DNA from: Catajapyx aquilonaris
Taxonomy: Eukaryota
DNA: 59,876 nucleotides
Assembly: GCA_000934665.2 (NCBI GenBank)
Contig: KZ538600.1
Coordinates: 1 to 59,876 of the forward strand
Reading direction: 5' to 3'
Below are positions 39,901 through 51,965 of this stretch, piece by piece. The position numbers and the translations under genes are program-made. Each line of letters opens with the position of its first letter. Position 1 is the first letter of the stretch. The notes beneath the pieces were generated by a model. It did no database searches, was not told where the DNA came from, and saw only the letters and a list, made by a program, of their open reading frames with translations.

Positions 39901-41109
39901 TTGATGATGGGTCCTTGCGTAGGAGTGATTAATGGGAGGGCACTTTAACATATGATACGTCCTGAATGATTTGTTCGACTGATTTAAATTTAAATTTAGC
40001 TATTTTAGGTCAGCTTCCATCCGACAGAACCTAAAGCTATAGAGTTGTTTTTCTCGTCTGTGATGGTTCATTCATTGGCTCTTCGTAGATTATAGGATAC
40101 GGGCAAAAGTAGATATTTGACCATGACCCCAGAAGAGGGGTTTTCCCATCACCTAATTGGAAAGCAACAAGAGTTGCAACCGATCATGTATATTTATTCT
40201 GCTTTATTTACATGACTTGTATGCCATTGCGCTCACTTGCGTCGTATTAATAATTTGCCAGCGTACGCTTGCGTTGGAACGAGAGCGGCATGGCATGATG
40301 TACACGACTCGATTTCTTTTTGCTGCCCAGAACAATACCTGACGGCGATGTAACCAATTAATTTGTGACATCATCCAAGGCGTCCCCCGAAGCATTTCAG
40401 ATAATTAATATTGGGACCGCTTCTATATACTAGTGTATTAGATAATAATCGTGAGTGACACGTTATACGTTGCCTGAATATTTCTGAAGGTGCTGCAGGG
40501 TGCTTTACTCTGGAACTTTCGCAACTTTCACGTCGTAATGTGATAGGACCTAATCATGAGGCAGAACTTGCAATTTGTCTCGCCTTATCATGTAATACCA
40601 ATTACAATGATGCAAACAACTCGTACCGATATTACTGACCACGTGCCACATTTGCGCTGGAAATGCGACTCCTTCAACACAATGAGCACCAGAACGCACC
40701 ACCCTTCCCTCAAGGTTAGCGAATCGGGGTTGATGAGACAACACTTTCACCTGGGCAAAGTGACAATTGTGACCAATGTACTGATGACACCTACCTCAAA
40801 TCGAGCCTCCGTCTCCTTCGTTAGGAAAGGGAGCCATCCTGCCTGGTTGTCTACCGTCAGGACCATGTCCGTCACGTTTTCATGCAATCGAGGCAGCTCG
40901 GGATGGCTGTCCTTCCAATGCACCACTGTGACCTTATGTCCTCGGATGGCTAGATTTTCGGCCACGGTGCGGAGGGTCAGTACGTGGCTTCCGGTATACA
41001 CGGGGTGGATGATTAGCACGTTGCCGGACAGGCACGGACATGCCCACATGAGCAGCATGGTGGCTGTCCAGAATCGGTCCGCCATTTTTTTGGTCCTTAC
41101 TGGAGTCAT
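27986..41109 (-). CDS. UDP-glucuronosyl/UDP-glycosyltransferase (GT1 family), complete six-exon gene: join(41109-40795, 37238-37040, 32838-32468, 32014-31792, 30900-30684, 28304-27986), 1644 nt, 547 aa
   Basis: Exon lengths 315+199+371+223+217+319 splice in frame through GT-AG introns (phases 0,1,0,1,2). The protein has an N-terminal signal peptide, a GSH catalytic-His motif, the UGT signature [44 protein letters not shown], and a C-terminal transmembrane helix. The subfamily cannot be assigned by eye. Confidence 0.95.
28478..28783 (-). mobile_element. tRNA-derived SINE, family C, in UGT intron 5
   Basis: Head CCGAAGCAGGTTGGTGTAATGG...GGGTTCGATTCC; core AGGCCACAGCCGCTTCCTTCC; TSD TACAG(G/A)AGCAATA (28465-28477, 28784-28796); homologue at 54919. 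Confidence 0.88.
28855..30592. mobile_element. Tc1/mariner-type MITE carrying nested TTAA-MITEs
   Basis: TIR CAGGGTCATCGAAAAAGAATGTCCCAATTT; left arm interrupted at TTAA 28884 and resumes at 29931; right arm about 30420-30592. Confidence 0.82.
28888..29930. mobile_element. Two abutting related piggyBac-like MITEs (28888-29415, 29420-29930)
   Basis: TTAA at 28884, 29416 and 29931; unit 2 has perfect TIR CCCTTTCATTCC/GGAATGAAAGGG and unit 1 an imperfect TIR; the units share about 300 bp of internal sequence. Confidence 0.78.
30684..30900 (-). CDS. UGT coding exon 5 (UDP-sugar-binding signature)
   Basis: Acceptor ttctctttag|CT; [36 protein letters not shown]...LRKVLRNP; donor AA|gtaagg. Confidence 0.96.
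31792..32014 (-). CDS. UGT coding exon 4
   Basis: Acceptor gtcgcag|GAC; DLAEFIEGSGQAGVVLFTMG...AFARLPQRVIIKFD...FVPQQDVL; donor G|gtgagt. Confidence 0.95.
32468..32838 (-). CDS. UGT coding exon 3
   Basis: Acceptor ttccacag|GT; GVPSVGYW...SHIPMITSTLSDRMNFFQRVYN...LLINTDFSFDYPRALPPTFINVGGLQIRKPRPLPP; donor CCG|gtgggt. Confidence 0.95.
34174..34277. repeat. Compound trinucleotide microsatellite (GAT/TAT/TAC/TAT)
   Basis: Direct reading of the sequence. Confidence 0.95.
35234..35678. mobile_element. Kolobok/T2-like MITE with GC-rich interior
   Basis: TTAA flanks; AGGGACACTCCATTCAAAATACAAGTTGG / CCAACTTGTATTTTGAGTGGAGTGTCCCT; about 60-bp TIRs starting AGG. Confidence 0.82.
35775..35847. repeat. 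Hairpin/palindrome with 28-bp perfect arms, in UGT intron 2
   Basis: GTGGATTGTGATTAAGTCTAAATTACCG ... CGGTAATTTAGACTTAATCACAATCCAC. Confidence 0.9.
36911..36954. repeat. (AAAT)n microsatellite
   Basis: Direct reading of the sequence. Confidence 0.95.
37040..37238 (-). CDS. UGT coding exon 2
   Basis: Acceptor cacag|GTC; VPAGVLWDWG...HCRALLSNAQLLHYLREQEYDVALVDLLYNECSLALMHNL; donor G|gtaagt. Confidence 0.92.
37645..37992. mobile_element. MITE with GAG..CTC termini and 4-bp TSD (Sola2-like)
   Basis: ACCT flanks (37641-37644, 37993-37996); about 105-bp arms containing repeated ACACTGGTCCCA; core of TTAACG/CGTTAA repeats. Confidence 0.75.
40795..41109 (-). CDS. UGT coding exon 1 (signal peptide, catalytic His)
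   Basis: MTPVRTKKMADRFWTATMLLMWACPCLSGNVLIIHPVYTGSHVLTLRTVAENLAIRGHKVTVV...ARFE; donor GAG|gtaggt at 40794. The start may be the second Met (41085). Confidence 0.92.
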
Positions 41110-43426
41110 TCGAGGTTGTGACTGAGGAAGATAAGGAAACTTCGGTTGACTATGTTTCCTCCTTGGGCCCTTTTATGCGTCTCTGGGTTGGAAGTGGTAG
41201 TTAGTGGGGTTTATGGCAGGCTTTGGGTGTAAAATAATATGCCGTGGGTGGGGGCTTGTATATTTATTTCGTGAGGCATGAATCTGGCTGAATACCGCGA
41301 AGGACGGTGCCGTTTAGCGTTATTTTCCATTTGCATGTGAACTTTCTTTTAATGCGGCCATTTAGCGTTAGGATGAGCTATATGTGGTGGGTAATTGCAG
41401 AGATTGTTTCTTATTTTTCCACTAGCCTCGTGTTATTTGTGTGGAAGAATTTTAATTTTCACCCCGAAATGTACTTTTCACATGAAAAAATGTGCCGTGC
41501 TAAAACAATAGTTGTCACATACGTGAATTCTTCCTGGTAGCCTATTTAGAACAAAGTAATTGTTCTAGTTTTAGAGAAATAAAAAAAAATCACTGGAACA
41601 ATATCATGAAAGCGCGTGTCATTAACATTCCTACGATGTTTGAATAACGTATTTTCTCGTGGACTTTTGTCCTTGGAATTTGGGCTACATATTTTACGTA
41701 ACAGAAGCTTTGACATGTTGTAAAAGATCTCCAGCTCATGTCACAGTGAAGTGACATGTATTGACACGAGACGAGGTCCTCACGACGGATTGAATAGCAT
41801 TATGAATATTTCATCGTATGCTTCCTGGCTCTCAAGGTGTGCCTCTTTCGGCCTCGGGCTACGTTCTAATTCACGAATGTGCCTTGACCACGAGAAATGT
41901 TACATAATGTTTTTGTCTTGTTAGACTTTTAATTCCAGATGAAACCGAGGTAGTTAGCAACCTTGAGGCAGTGTTAATGAGTCAACCCATCATGATCATG
42001 TATGAAGTGACCTTCTATAAGTTGGACATGTTTATCGGCCACATGGAGTTCTCCGGTTTATACACGTAAACAACATGAACAAAGTATTAGCCTACATTTA
42101 AAAAGATTGCTCGACCTTTTTGCGTACCATGTTCCCGTAACCTTTTTTGGAAGTCCGAAAGCGAGATATGAAAAGCAATGTCCTCTTCCACTTAATCATA
42201 CGACACCATATAAGGTTACTGAGGAGTTGCATCACAAGTAACTATTTATAATGCAATCCGACATTTGTAACTTCACGTAGGTCCATTAAGAATTGGGGCC
42301 GGCCTTCCAACGGAATTAACCTTGCGCAATTTATACGGGACAATCAGCACTTTCGCTGCTGGATAACCTATTTCAGGCGCAACAGGTTTCCTAGCAGTGA
42401 AATCGGCAACAGTTATGCGAAGCATCCAGGGCACATCCGCAACTCCTTTTTTGTGTGTGTGTGTTTGAAACATATTATTGTGTCTCCAAAGTTATGACAT
42501 ATTGGGTGACTCACGTGGGTTCCAGTGGTAGGTCCCTTCGTCGGCTTCGGCTGGACTCAAGTGTTGACCACCCCTGCCGGAGGCTGCCAGAAATAATGTC
42601 GGTGTCTGGCGCAAAAAAAATCAGGGGGAATATGTCTTGCAACAACATTCATTGCCGATGGGGATAGGATGCTTGATGGCCAGAGTGCGACGTCACAGAA
42701 AGGGTAAGTGCAATTTCAAGCCGAAAAAAAACGGAGGAAGTTTTCACAGAATCTGCAAACCTGTCTGATTCGCGGCTGGTCTTAGTCGAGACTGGTCTTA
42801 GTCGAGACTAAAAAGGGCACTTACTCTCCTTTGCCGTGACACTGCATTGTTATGCGGTGTGTGTATACACAAGGTTGATGGTAGCGTGCATGCAGCATCA
42901 CAGCATGTGCACAACTGGACTTGAGTATTACGGGAGGCCTCTCTCTTTTCTTTTTCTTTTTCTTTTTTGTTTTCTTTTTCTTCATCAACTCTCTCCGTCT
43001 GGACGCGTTTTCAAGCGCTGCACACATTTGCTCAAAATGCCACTGTAGAATAATAATGATCGGGACGGGCGCGCACGTTTGCACAGCATATTGTGTACAC
43101 GTTATTATTTTTGCGCCATACTCCAAGCATAATTTCCCTTCGTGTGGATTGCACAGGAGTACACAGTATACGAGCTTAAATCAGGTCGCAATATAATGGG
43201 ACAATGGAATGTATTTGAAGCAGAGCCTCATTCATATCCTGGTCAAAACTGTGGCTGTGGAAAATTGTGGAGTGTCTGAGCGAAATGTCACAAGTGCAAA
43301 TGATGGTTTTAAAGTTGTGTGTTTCATGTTGTAATCTATCTCCAGGCGGATGATGTGCAAGTACCTGCATGTAAAAAGGAACGAATGTATCCCGGAAATA
43401 AAAGGGAGGTTTTCTGTATGAGGATG

Positions 43427-43499
43427 TATTTCTTACCGGTAATAAATTCTATTTTAAAGGCGTTCCGCATTTAAAATAGTTATTACCGATAAGAAATAT
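43427..43499. repeat. Imperfect hairpin, about 35-bp arms
   Basis: TATTTCTTACCGGTAATAA..CTATTTTAAA.GCG / CGC.TTTAAAATAG.TTATTACCGATAAGAAATA. Confidence 0.7.
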
Positions 43500-46400
43500 G
43501 TGGCTTCCACCGCTGAAGTCCCGATTTCGATTATCGAGTCGGATGTATGGAAATGGTTTCGATGAATTCTCTCCGTGTTTGCGTGGGCTTTACCGTTTCC
43601 ACCCACAATCAAAACCCACCAGCACCGCAGTGATGTAACACACTGGCATTAAAGAAAGCGCCTATCACAGAGTATTTAATTATTATGAAGGTTCTTTACT
43701 AGAATGTGGGATACTCATAAATGCATCGATCCTTCGCACACCTGTATTGTTTCTATTGTTACCGTTTTAAATAGGAGATATTGATTTAAATTTTATGAAT
43801 AGGCTTTTATCAGTTTTATGATGAGCCGTTTTCTCAGATGATCCACATTTCGAGGGTACGAAGTACGAACTGGGTCGTCTCCATACGGCTCAGCCACTGT
43901 TCTCTAATATGTACGTGATATCTTCCTGTCTTTCTGGCGTCCATATTGCGACACGAAACAACATCAATTGTGCATTATTCTGATAAATATTGCGAGTATA
44001 TTTTGATTCCTCTACTCTTTTTTCGTTCACATTGCTTTCATGTGTCCGTAAATTTCAAGAAAGTGTAAAATCAACAAATCATGGTTGCGGTTTTCTATTG
44101 TTTTTTTAAATGTGGCTTCGTTTAGTATTATATGTTTGGTAAAATAGTACTTAATCCATCTCGTGGCCCCAAATGGTGCTCTGAGGAAGCAAGATTTGTA
44201 GTATCGATCACAGCCATGCCCAATCGAGTGTATAATAGAGATGAGTGAGGTCATCCTATCTTTTGAGCTAGTGAACCGGGACAGTTTCCCCGGCGACCAC
44301 CGCGTGAGAGGATTTTGTGGGTGACGCTATGCTTGCACAGAGAGGAAAGCATTGATTATTTTTTGCTCTGTGAAAGAAGTGCACCTGCTCTCTGGTGCTT
44401 GCACAAATATATGAGAGCGCCTCTGTGAATACTTTCTTCCCGACCTTCTGTCCTGTAGCGAGGTCACCCTGTGAAAGGATACCTTTTTGTTATCACCAGC
44501 GAGAGTAATTACCAAATGGCAAGGAATTTGACAGACTCGAGTGCGTAACCAACTGTTGATAATTACCGTGGCGGAAGTTGATGCCTAGCTGCTATCTGAA
44601 TAGGCCTCTCTGACCCTGACGAGATGAATAGATTTTGAGCAGTGGTCCACCGACAGGAAAGTCCCGGACGAACTGTAGCATGAGATTGCTGTGCGAATTT
44701 CGCGGAATATTTATGTGATTTCTCTTTCTCTGGGAGGTGCATGGACTGAATGGGTGGAAAGGGTCAGAAGGCAACCCGTCTCGAAATGTTAGGTTAGGTG
44801 TATGATTTTTTTTTTAACGCTACATGTATGTATAAGGATGATTCTCATGACCGTGACCAAGTGATGTTCCGGCGACCTACGTTAGCCACATTAAGGAGTT
44901 AAACGCCTGTTGTTTTGATGCCTTGTACCGGGCCATGAACTCAACAGGATACACAAAACAATAATATTAAATGACCATATTTAAAATAATTGCAGTAGTA
45001 AAACGTGATTCCCCTGACTTGTCCTCACTTGCATTTTCAGGGATAACATTTTTAATGTGAAGGGCACTTGGGAATAATGAAATCTAAAATTGCTCGTAAA
45101 TGACCTCCATTACTTAATGTGTTAACATAATTAATCAGGGCTGCTGTCAATGTGTGTTACGTTTTACTGAGCCGGAAATCCCCAGCACACGTTATATTCT
45201 CCACTATGTGTTGCTAGCATTCAGTTATGCGTTATTAGGTGAAGTTCAAAGTGTTCCATGCAATGATGCAAGGCCATTCTCAGTGGGAATTCTTTCAGCT
45301 CTATGCGTTCGCTCCTGTCGACTGCTGTGTTTCAAGAGCATTCCGTGCTGACTTTGACAAGGACAAATTCAGGAGAGTTTTTTATATATAAAAAAACCAC
45401 GAGACTCCCGTACGGAAAGTGTGAACCGTTGCTGTCCTAAATTCGTGCAAGACACCGAAAGGAGGCGTTTATAACGTCGCATGAAGCTTTATACTTCTCT
45501 GCAAAGTTTTCTTGCGTCAGCTCTATAGTTGCAAATTAGGAAGTCTTCATTTCCTCATTTAGCGCGTAGGAAGTACCTGTTTTAGGATGTAAAAATATAT
45601 TTCGCAGAAAAGTGTATTAACATGGTGTACCGGTACACGTGGAATTGGAATTAGTGATTCTTATCGATTAGGAGTCTTGAAAACCTGTAACTTGAATAGC
45701 CTTTCCTTCCCAGCTTGTGCAATATTTTTTACATACTTTATCCACTAATAAACACATATATTATAGCCTTTGCGCAATTATTTCTGTTTCTGAACACCTT
45801 CAGTTACTTCCCTGAGAGTTCTTATAAGTATGTGAGCACATTCTGGATCAGGCTTGCATTTTTTTTTTTTAATTGCGCAAGCTCGGAAAGGGAATGTGTC
45901 ATAGCGGAAGAGATGAACGGTACTTGCTTCGAGTGTTGTGTGGGTCGCAAAAATGACGTCCTTGTATAATGGAGGTTGTCCTACATGCCCCAATTTCATT
46001 TGCACGTGGGTCTCGAGGGCGTCAGAACAAGACGTGCCAATTTCGCGATACACATCATAGAGTTACGTTGAATTCATGTGCTTTCCCGCACTTTCCAACC
46101 CCACTTTTTTATATACAAAAAGCTGCACGTGCCATATAATTCGACATTCCGCTTAGATCGCCATTGATTGCTCTTCACTTGGATTGCCCTTTATGGTAAT
46201 CTCCACTTGTAGAGTTTGAAAATAGGGGTGTCATGCGGGTTGACAGCTGAGGGGCTGGCTGCAAAATGCAGTGGAAATTCCATACATGCTGGTTTCGTTC
46301 AAGTGCAGTGGGTTGACGCGGTATTGCACGCGGTGTGGCCTCGGTTGTCGAGTGTACTTGTACAAATGGGACATGCGACAGTCTAGACCTGCGCTGCCTG

Positions 46401-48517
46401 CTTCGGTATTATCGCTAGCCCTCAACTGACAGGTTAAATAACGTAAACTCTGAATGTGGGGTGCCGTACTCCTCTCCATGCGTATCCATGCAACTTTCGC
46501 GGCGAGCGGGCGAAAATTTTCACTTCTCTTATGAACAGAACCTTGAACGTAAATGGACAGAATTGATGACCTGAACCACATATCAGCTTTTATGCTCTAA
46601 TAGAGCATTAAAAATTATGCATCGTAAAAAACTGAGGCATTCGTTCCCAAGTGGTTCTATGCCCATTACACATGGCGACGTCTACGAACCAACATTCAGT
46701 GTATAACAATACACTCTCAGAAAGGTAAACAGAAAAGTAAACATGAGTAAAATTCAGTACAATTTGCGTCATGTATATTGGAAATATCTCCGACACTTTT
46801 TCCAGCCCATTCTAGGAGTGTAGGTCTAATATTGAATATCCTGCTTGTAGACGTCCTTGTTTACGCGGGATATGCATCAGATTTCTGAAGAACGTAATTG
46901 GCTCCTATTCTTGTTCTTAACACGAACGCGCGTATTATAATTAGTCAATTTCGAACTGTATAATATTTCCTGGTAGTGATAAACACTTCACTACCAACCG
47001 TCTTGGCATTTTTTTATAAAAAAATCTCAGGCTGACAGCAGTCACGGTGAAGTTACTTGTTTGTAACGCTCAGCATGACTAGGAAGATCGCATCTTCTGT
47101 CGGCTTATTGTTATTCTTAATCACCTTCAAGACGTCAGCAGGGTGCTTATTAGCAAAGCGATACGCAATTTTTCTCCCTTATACTTTTACGAAGGGTTTT
47201 GGAAATCGTATTGGCCATTTTTCATTAAGCACTGCTCTGCCGTGGGACAGGGTAAGGCCCAGTATTTATCGCTCCTTTGTGGAAAGAGATGGGAAGGTCA
47301 TGCAACTAGGATCAGGTTTCCTTTCGTTATACAATGCAATGGCGTGAGAGTAGATGTAGCAAAATTAACATACTTGTTGCGGTTTTGGTACAAGGACGAT
47401 TCGCACTAGTTCAAGGATCTGGAAGATATTTCGTTTAGTGTCCTTAGAACGGATTGTCGTCATGCTGAGGAAATACGTGCAAAGCGGCATGTGGCAATCA
47501 TACTGGCAGATTATTGTCGGCCCAACGTGTTATTTAACCTGCTTGAATTACACAAGGAAGAGCCGGTGTCTAAAACGCGCAGGTACCGGCACAAAAAAAT
47601 GGACCCCTTTTTTGTCAATATGCGTAAATCGCAGAGCGCATGGAAAAACTGCTGTGGTAGCATTTAACATATTGTTTTGTGATTACTGCTCACTGTCAGT
47701 GGGTTTGTGCAAAATTGACGTTTAAGGAAATTCATCTAACTTCCGTGAACCATACTTCATTCGCATATTTGATAATAGGCTCTTGATAGGCTATAGTATC
47801 ATATCAAGGTTCTGGTTTTTTGGGGATTCCTTGGACTGTTTGTAATTAAGAGGCATGTGTTGTAATATTACCATCGCATATTAGTGTATGCCACTTATTT
47901 AGACTGCATTGTGTGACACGTTTATTTTTGTCTCCTAATTCAATTCTGACTATCCTTTTCATTTGGAAAGGTCATGGAGGTGGTAGTTCTTTGGCTACAC
48001 TCGCTACAGTAATTGCCATTGAACTTGAAGCGTGAGATAGATTTTTTTTTTTGATGTGGAGATGTTAAGCATCTGTCAGTCATAATTGCCAGTAGTATGC
48101 ATGACTCATGATGATTGAGTCCAAAAGCAATCCTAAATTAAGTTATAATAAGCAGCATACGTATGATAATATAGTCATTCCATGCCAAGTGAGCCACACA
48201 AGTTTGCTCGATCCCCTGGGATTTTGACTTTAAAAAACACATCTGTTTTTCTGAGTGATTGGATGTCAAAAACAAGACAAGTATCATGTTGTTTTTTGTA
48301 CAGTACGAAGCCAAAGCAAGATATGCGTCAATCAAACCCGGATTATTTTTAAAACTTGTTCCTCGTGTCTATTTCTATTTTCTATTTTCTTTCTCGCGTG
48401 ATACCTCCACAAGCCTAGGATGCAATACATCAAATTAATTGGCATGAAATGCAGATTATGAATGTTTTGCTACATTTAGACTAAAATCTACGTCTTTAGA
48501 TTCCTATAAAAATATGA

Positions 48518-48870
48518 GGGGAGACGGAGTGGCGTAACGGTAACGTATGCGTCCACGGATGTGAGGGTTCCGGGTTCGATCCCAAGCCCGGGTATTCCTC
48601 CCTAGATTTCGTGCAGAGTTGGGTCGTCTCTGGCTTCGTCTCGGGTGGGATTCCTTGAGACTAACCACCCGGGGGAGTTCGCAAAATGACCAAGCAACGA
48701 CATTGCACTTGTATCTTCAGCACATCCCCTCCCAGTCACCCTGCCCGTGGACCCGGGCGCTTCGTTAAAGCTTCCAAAAAATGCACAACTGTACAATGAC
48801 ACAATAAAGGTCCGTGCTACACACTTCGCAATGAGGTCAAGCACTACCCGGATTATTTCCAAAAATAATA
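48518..48870 (+). mobile_element. SINE family A, long form, 3'-truncated
   Basis: Family A head and body, then an extension (GGTCCGTGC..CAC..TTC..GAGGTC..GCA.TACCC) matching the reverse complement of 22245-22365. Confidence 0.85.
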
Positions 48871-48894
48871 GGAATCATGTGAAATAAATGGTGT

Positions 48895-49135
48895 ATAATT
48901 ATGTTCATTGGGCTTTGAACACTTCGACAAACCCAAAAAAAACTGTCCAAAAATGCCTCATTTTCAGCCCTTTTCAAAATTTCGCGATTTTTTCCCTCCC
49001 CACGATATTGCACAATATGGATGAAACTTGATATGCAGGATTATGGCATAGGTGTGTACAGCTGTAATTTATTTCACCAAAATCTGCGATGGTCTAGCAA
49101 CATTGCGGCCCACTTGATTCGGAATGACCCCTAGT
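48895..49135. repeat. DNA-transposon fragment, homologous to 52675-52905
   Basis: Shared ATGTTCATTGGG..., TTCACCAA.ATC.G.G..GGTCTAGCAACATT..GGCCCACTTGATTCGGAA.GACCC. Confidence 0.7.
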
Positions 49136-49198
49136 AAACTGTTACAAACTTTAAAACTATTTATCCTAAAAACTGTGCCTGACAGAATAATATTCTAA

Positions 49199-49325
49199 GG
49201 GCCGGTTTCACCGAGCTCAGTATATGATAAAACCTGGGTTCTTTCTCAAAATCCCTATCTCTTTGTATGGGATTTTCCTAAAGAAACCTGGTTTTATCAT
49301 ATACCAAGCTCGGTGAAACCGGCCC
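49199..49325. mobile_element. PIF/Harbinger-like MITE, copy 2
   Basis: TAA TSD; inverted near-identical copy of 18397-18522. Confidence 0.9.
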
Positions 49326-49373
49326 TAAGTGCAGATGTGGAATCAGCGTCAAAAAGCATAATAGAAACATATA

Positions 49374-49635
49374 CAATAAAACTGGTCAAGTTGGCCACCT
49401 CCCTATGTTGGACATTATTTTTGGAACCATTGGAAAAGCCTATCCCTTACAATGTTGCGAAGTTGGACACCTGTCTATCTTGGAAGTTGGACACTTTTTC
49501 CCCTCTTAAGTTGGACACGTGCAGATAATATTNCCCCCCCCCCCCAAAAAAAAAAAAACACACAAAAAAAAACTGAGCCAAGCTGAGCTCTTCATACATT
49601 TTGTGAAGCATGTCTTCAAGTGACATTTTCAACTG
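49374..49635. mobile_element. Degenerate pogo/Tigger-like MITE
   Basis: Repeated AAGTTGGACAC motifs; right end TTTTCAACTG-TA. Confidence 0.5.
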
Positions 49636-49901
49636 TATGACAATATCTTAACAATGGAGGATGAATATGGTGGCAATGCAGATGAGGTGCAGAAGCAGGT
49701 GTTGAAGGATACACAAAATGAATCATCAGAAGATGAATGCGCTGCAAAACCTGATTGATAAACCACATTCTCATCAAGATGCCCTTGAGTGCATTAAAGA
49801 ATATATTAGAACTTGATGCTTTGGCAAGCCACTTTTATTATTGGCGGCATTTTTTTGCTGCCCAAAAGAAAAATGAAACTATACATCAGTGGGGTCCTGA
49901 T

Positions 49902-50638
49902 GGGAAAATTTTAACCAGATGGATTTGGCTGAAAGTTGGTCAGTTGATAGACTGACCTTCACCTACGGGTCAATAATTGTTCTGAAGGACGAAGAAAATC
50001 GACCGTGCCGTTTGCCCGCTAGAGGCGCTCAAAGTTGGAATTTCAGATGGTTCCTATCAGGCTTATTTTCATATATGTTGTAGAGTTTCATGTGCTGAGT
50101 CGAATGAGCCATGTGACTATTTTCTGTGACAAACCATTTGGCAGTTATTGCTTATTGTTATGTAACACTTAGAATCCCACTTCAGTACTTTAAGCGAAAG
50201 AATGATCTGACGTCACACGATTCACACCAACCGTGTTTTCTGAGCATGTGCAATATTATGCTTGCAGAGCAGTTCGGGGACATGGTAGGAAGGAAGAGCT
50301 GGGTGGAGGCGGGGCTGAACATGACGTCACACCATTATTTGGTTTGACGTACTTTACAAGGCCTAATGTTGACTCGATTGTGCATCTAGCTGCCAAATGG
50401 TTTGTCACAGTAAATCGCCACATGGTTTATTCCACTCAGCTCATGAAACTCTACATCATATTTACATACGTATATGAAAATGAGCCTGATAAGAACCACC
50501 TGAAATTCCAACTTTGAGCGCCTCTAGCAGCCAAATGGCATGGTAGATTTTCTTCATCCTTCAGAACAATTGACCCTAAGGTCAAGGTTAATCACCTGAT
50601 CAAATTTCAGCCAAATCCATGTGGTTCAACTTTTCCAT
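49902..50638. mobile_element. Fold-back element, about 245-bp inverted arms
   Basis: Arms about 49902-50147 and 50387-50638 (for example GCTAGAGGCGCTCAAAGTTGGAATTTCAG / CTGAAATTCCAACTTTGAGCGCCTCTAGC); termini and TSD not resolved. Confidence 0.8.
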
Positions 50639-51791
50639 AAATAATAACCCTACCATGTCCTTTCTCTGATTAAATTAGTCACTTGTTACCGATTTATGAA
50701 CCAAAAGTAGGCCAGTTTCAGAAATTGCATGTACACTATGCTGTACTGTACCGAAAATAAGAAAAAATGCATTGAAAGTTGATTACTAGATGATTGCGGT
50801 ACAGTACATATTCGTATATTACTATGCTGCTCTATGAACCCGAGAGATTGAAATCCTAGTATGTTGGATGTTGGACAATTTTCTTGGAACCATCAGTGTC
50901 AAACATGACAGGTTTTACTGGATTATTACCCAAGAAAAAATAATCTTGTCGAACAGTGTAATTGGTTTGTGACATACTGTACACTCACTCAGATAAACAT
51001 CGGTGATTTAAAAAAAAGTCAGAATCTCCAAGGGTCAACCTACCAAATAATTCAATTTTGGCTCAGTTGGCATGGAATCACCAAGTGGCAAAGCACTGGT
51101 AGTATACTATGTTGCTCAAAAAGATAGAGACGATTTTGCATTGAGGATGTACAGTACACTAGTTTGAGCATCCACAAGCTTTCAAAGTGACGAATTTATT
51201 GATCTATTGTCACAATCCAATAGACAATGCATGTCTCACACCAAGCTTGAATAGCTGATGAGTTTTAATATCTGCATAATGTATGCTGTATCATTGGAAG
51301 TCTCTTGCATGAGTAATCCAAGACTTTTAATTAATTACTCAACAGGCCTCTAACATACTGTGTCATGGAGGACACATACACGACACACACAGAAAGAAGG
51401 CTCTCTTTCATAGAGTGACATTGAAGTGACAAGAAAGAAAATTCTTACTGGTTGCCTACCAATGAAAAATGTAATCCATGCATTAAACTGATGACGGTTT
51501 TCCCTTGTGACTAGGTCCAACTGCACACATTAATTTATTTAAAAGCAACGCTACAACTATTCCAAGAGAAAAAAGTAGATTTTATTAATTTATTTACATT
51601 GTAGTATTAAGATTTCATTTACGAGAGTGCTGCTGAGTAATCTGGTGATCATTTAATTTCTTTATCCTGAATGAAAAAAAGCAATAAACTGTCTATGAAA
51701 GTTCCAGATTTGTAAAGCTATTTTTCATGTGGCACATTGCCTGAAACTTGATTCACTAATAGTCATCTTTTTTTTCTTCAGATAAGCAGAA

Positions 51792-51965
51792 ATGAGTGGT
51801 AGAGAAGATGGTGATGTGGACGATTGGTCTCCACCTGTTTTGAGTGAGGCTGAGAAAAGGGAGTTGGAGGCCCGCCAGCGTAGATCTGACCTGGTGGCAA
51901 AGTGCATGGGTGACTATCTTCTCAAAGGTTACCGGATGCTGGCTACTTCATGTCCCACATGCGGG
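51792..51965 (+). CDS. ZNRD2: ZNRD2/SSSCA1 (Sjogren syndrome/scleroderma autoantigen 1, zinc-ribbon protein), coding exon 1
   Basis: MSGREDGDVDDWSPPVLSEAEKRELEARQRRSDLVAKCMGDYLLKGYRMLATSCPTCG matches the family pattern (W-x-PP..EAE..L-x-AR..R-x-D..MG-x-YLL-x-GYRML..CxxCG). Acceptor tttttcttcag ends at 51781, there is an in-frame TAA before the ATG, and the donor is GGG|gtgagt. Confidence 0.92.

Noticed and set aside
40556..41125. 189-aa plus-strand ORF
   Set aside because: Antisense shadow of UGT exon 1.
43817..43880. C/D-box snoRNA candidate (ATGATGA)
   Set aside because: No suitably placed CTGA D box or terminal stem.
49385..49520. Spaced AAGTTGGACAC repeats resembling a CRISPR array
   Set aside because: The repeats are only 11 bp and irregularly spaced, there are no cas genes, and the context is eukaryotic. 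They are typical subterminal motifs of a Tigger-like MITE.
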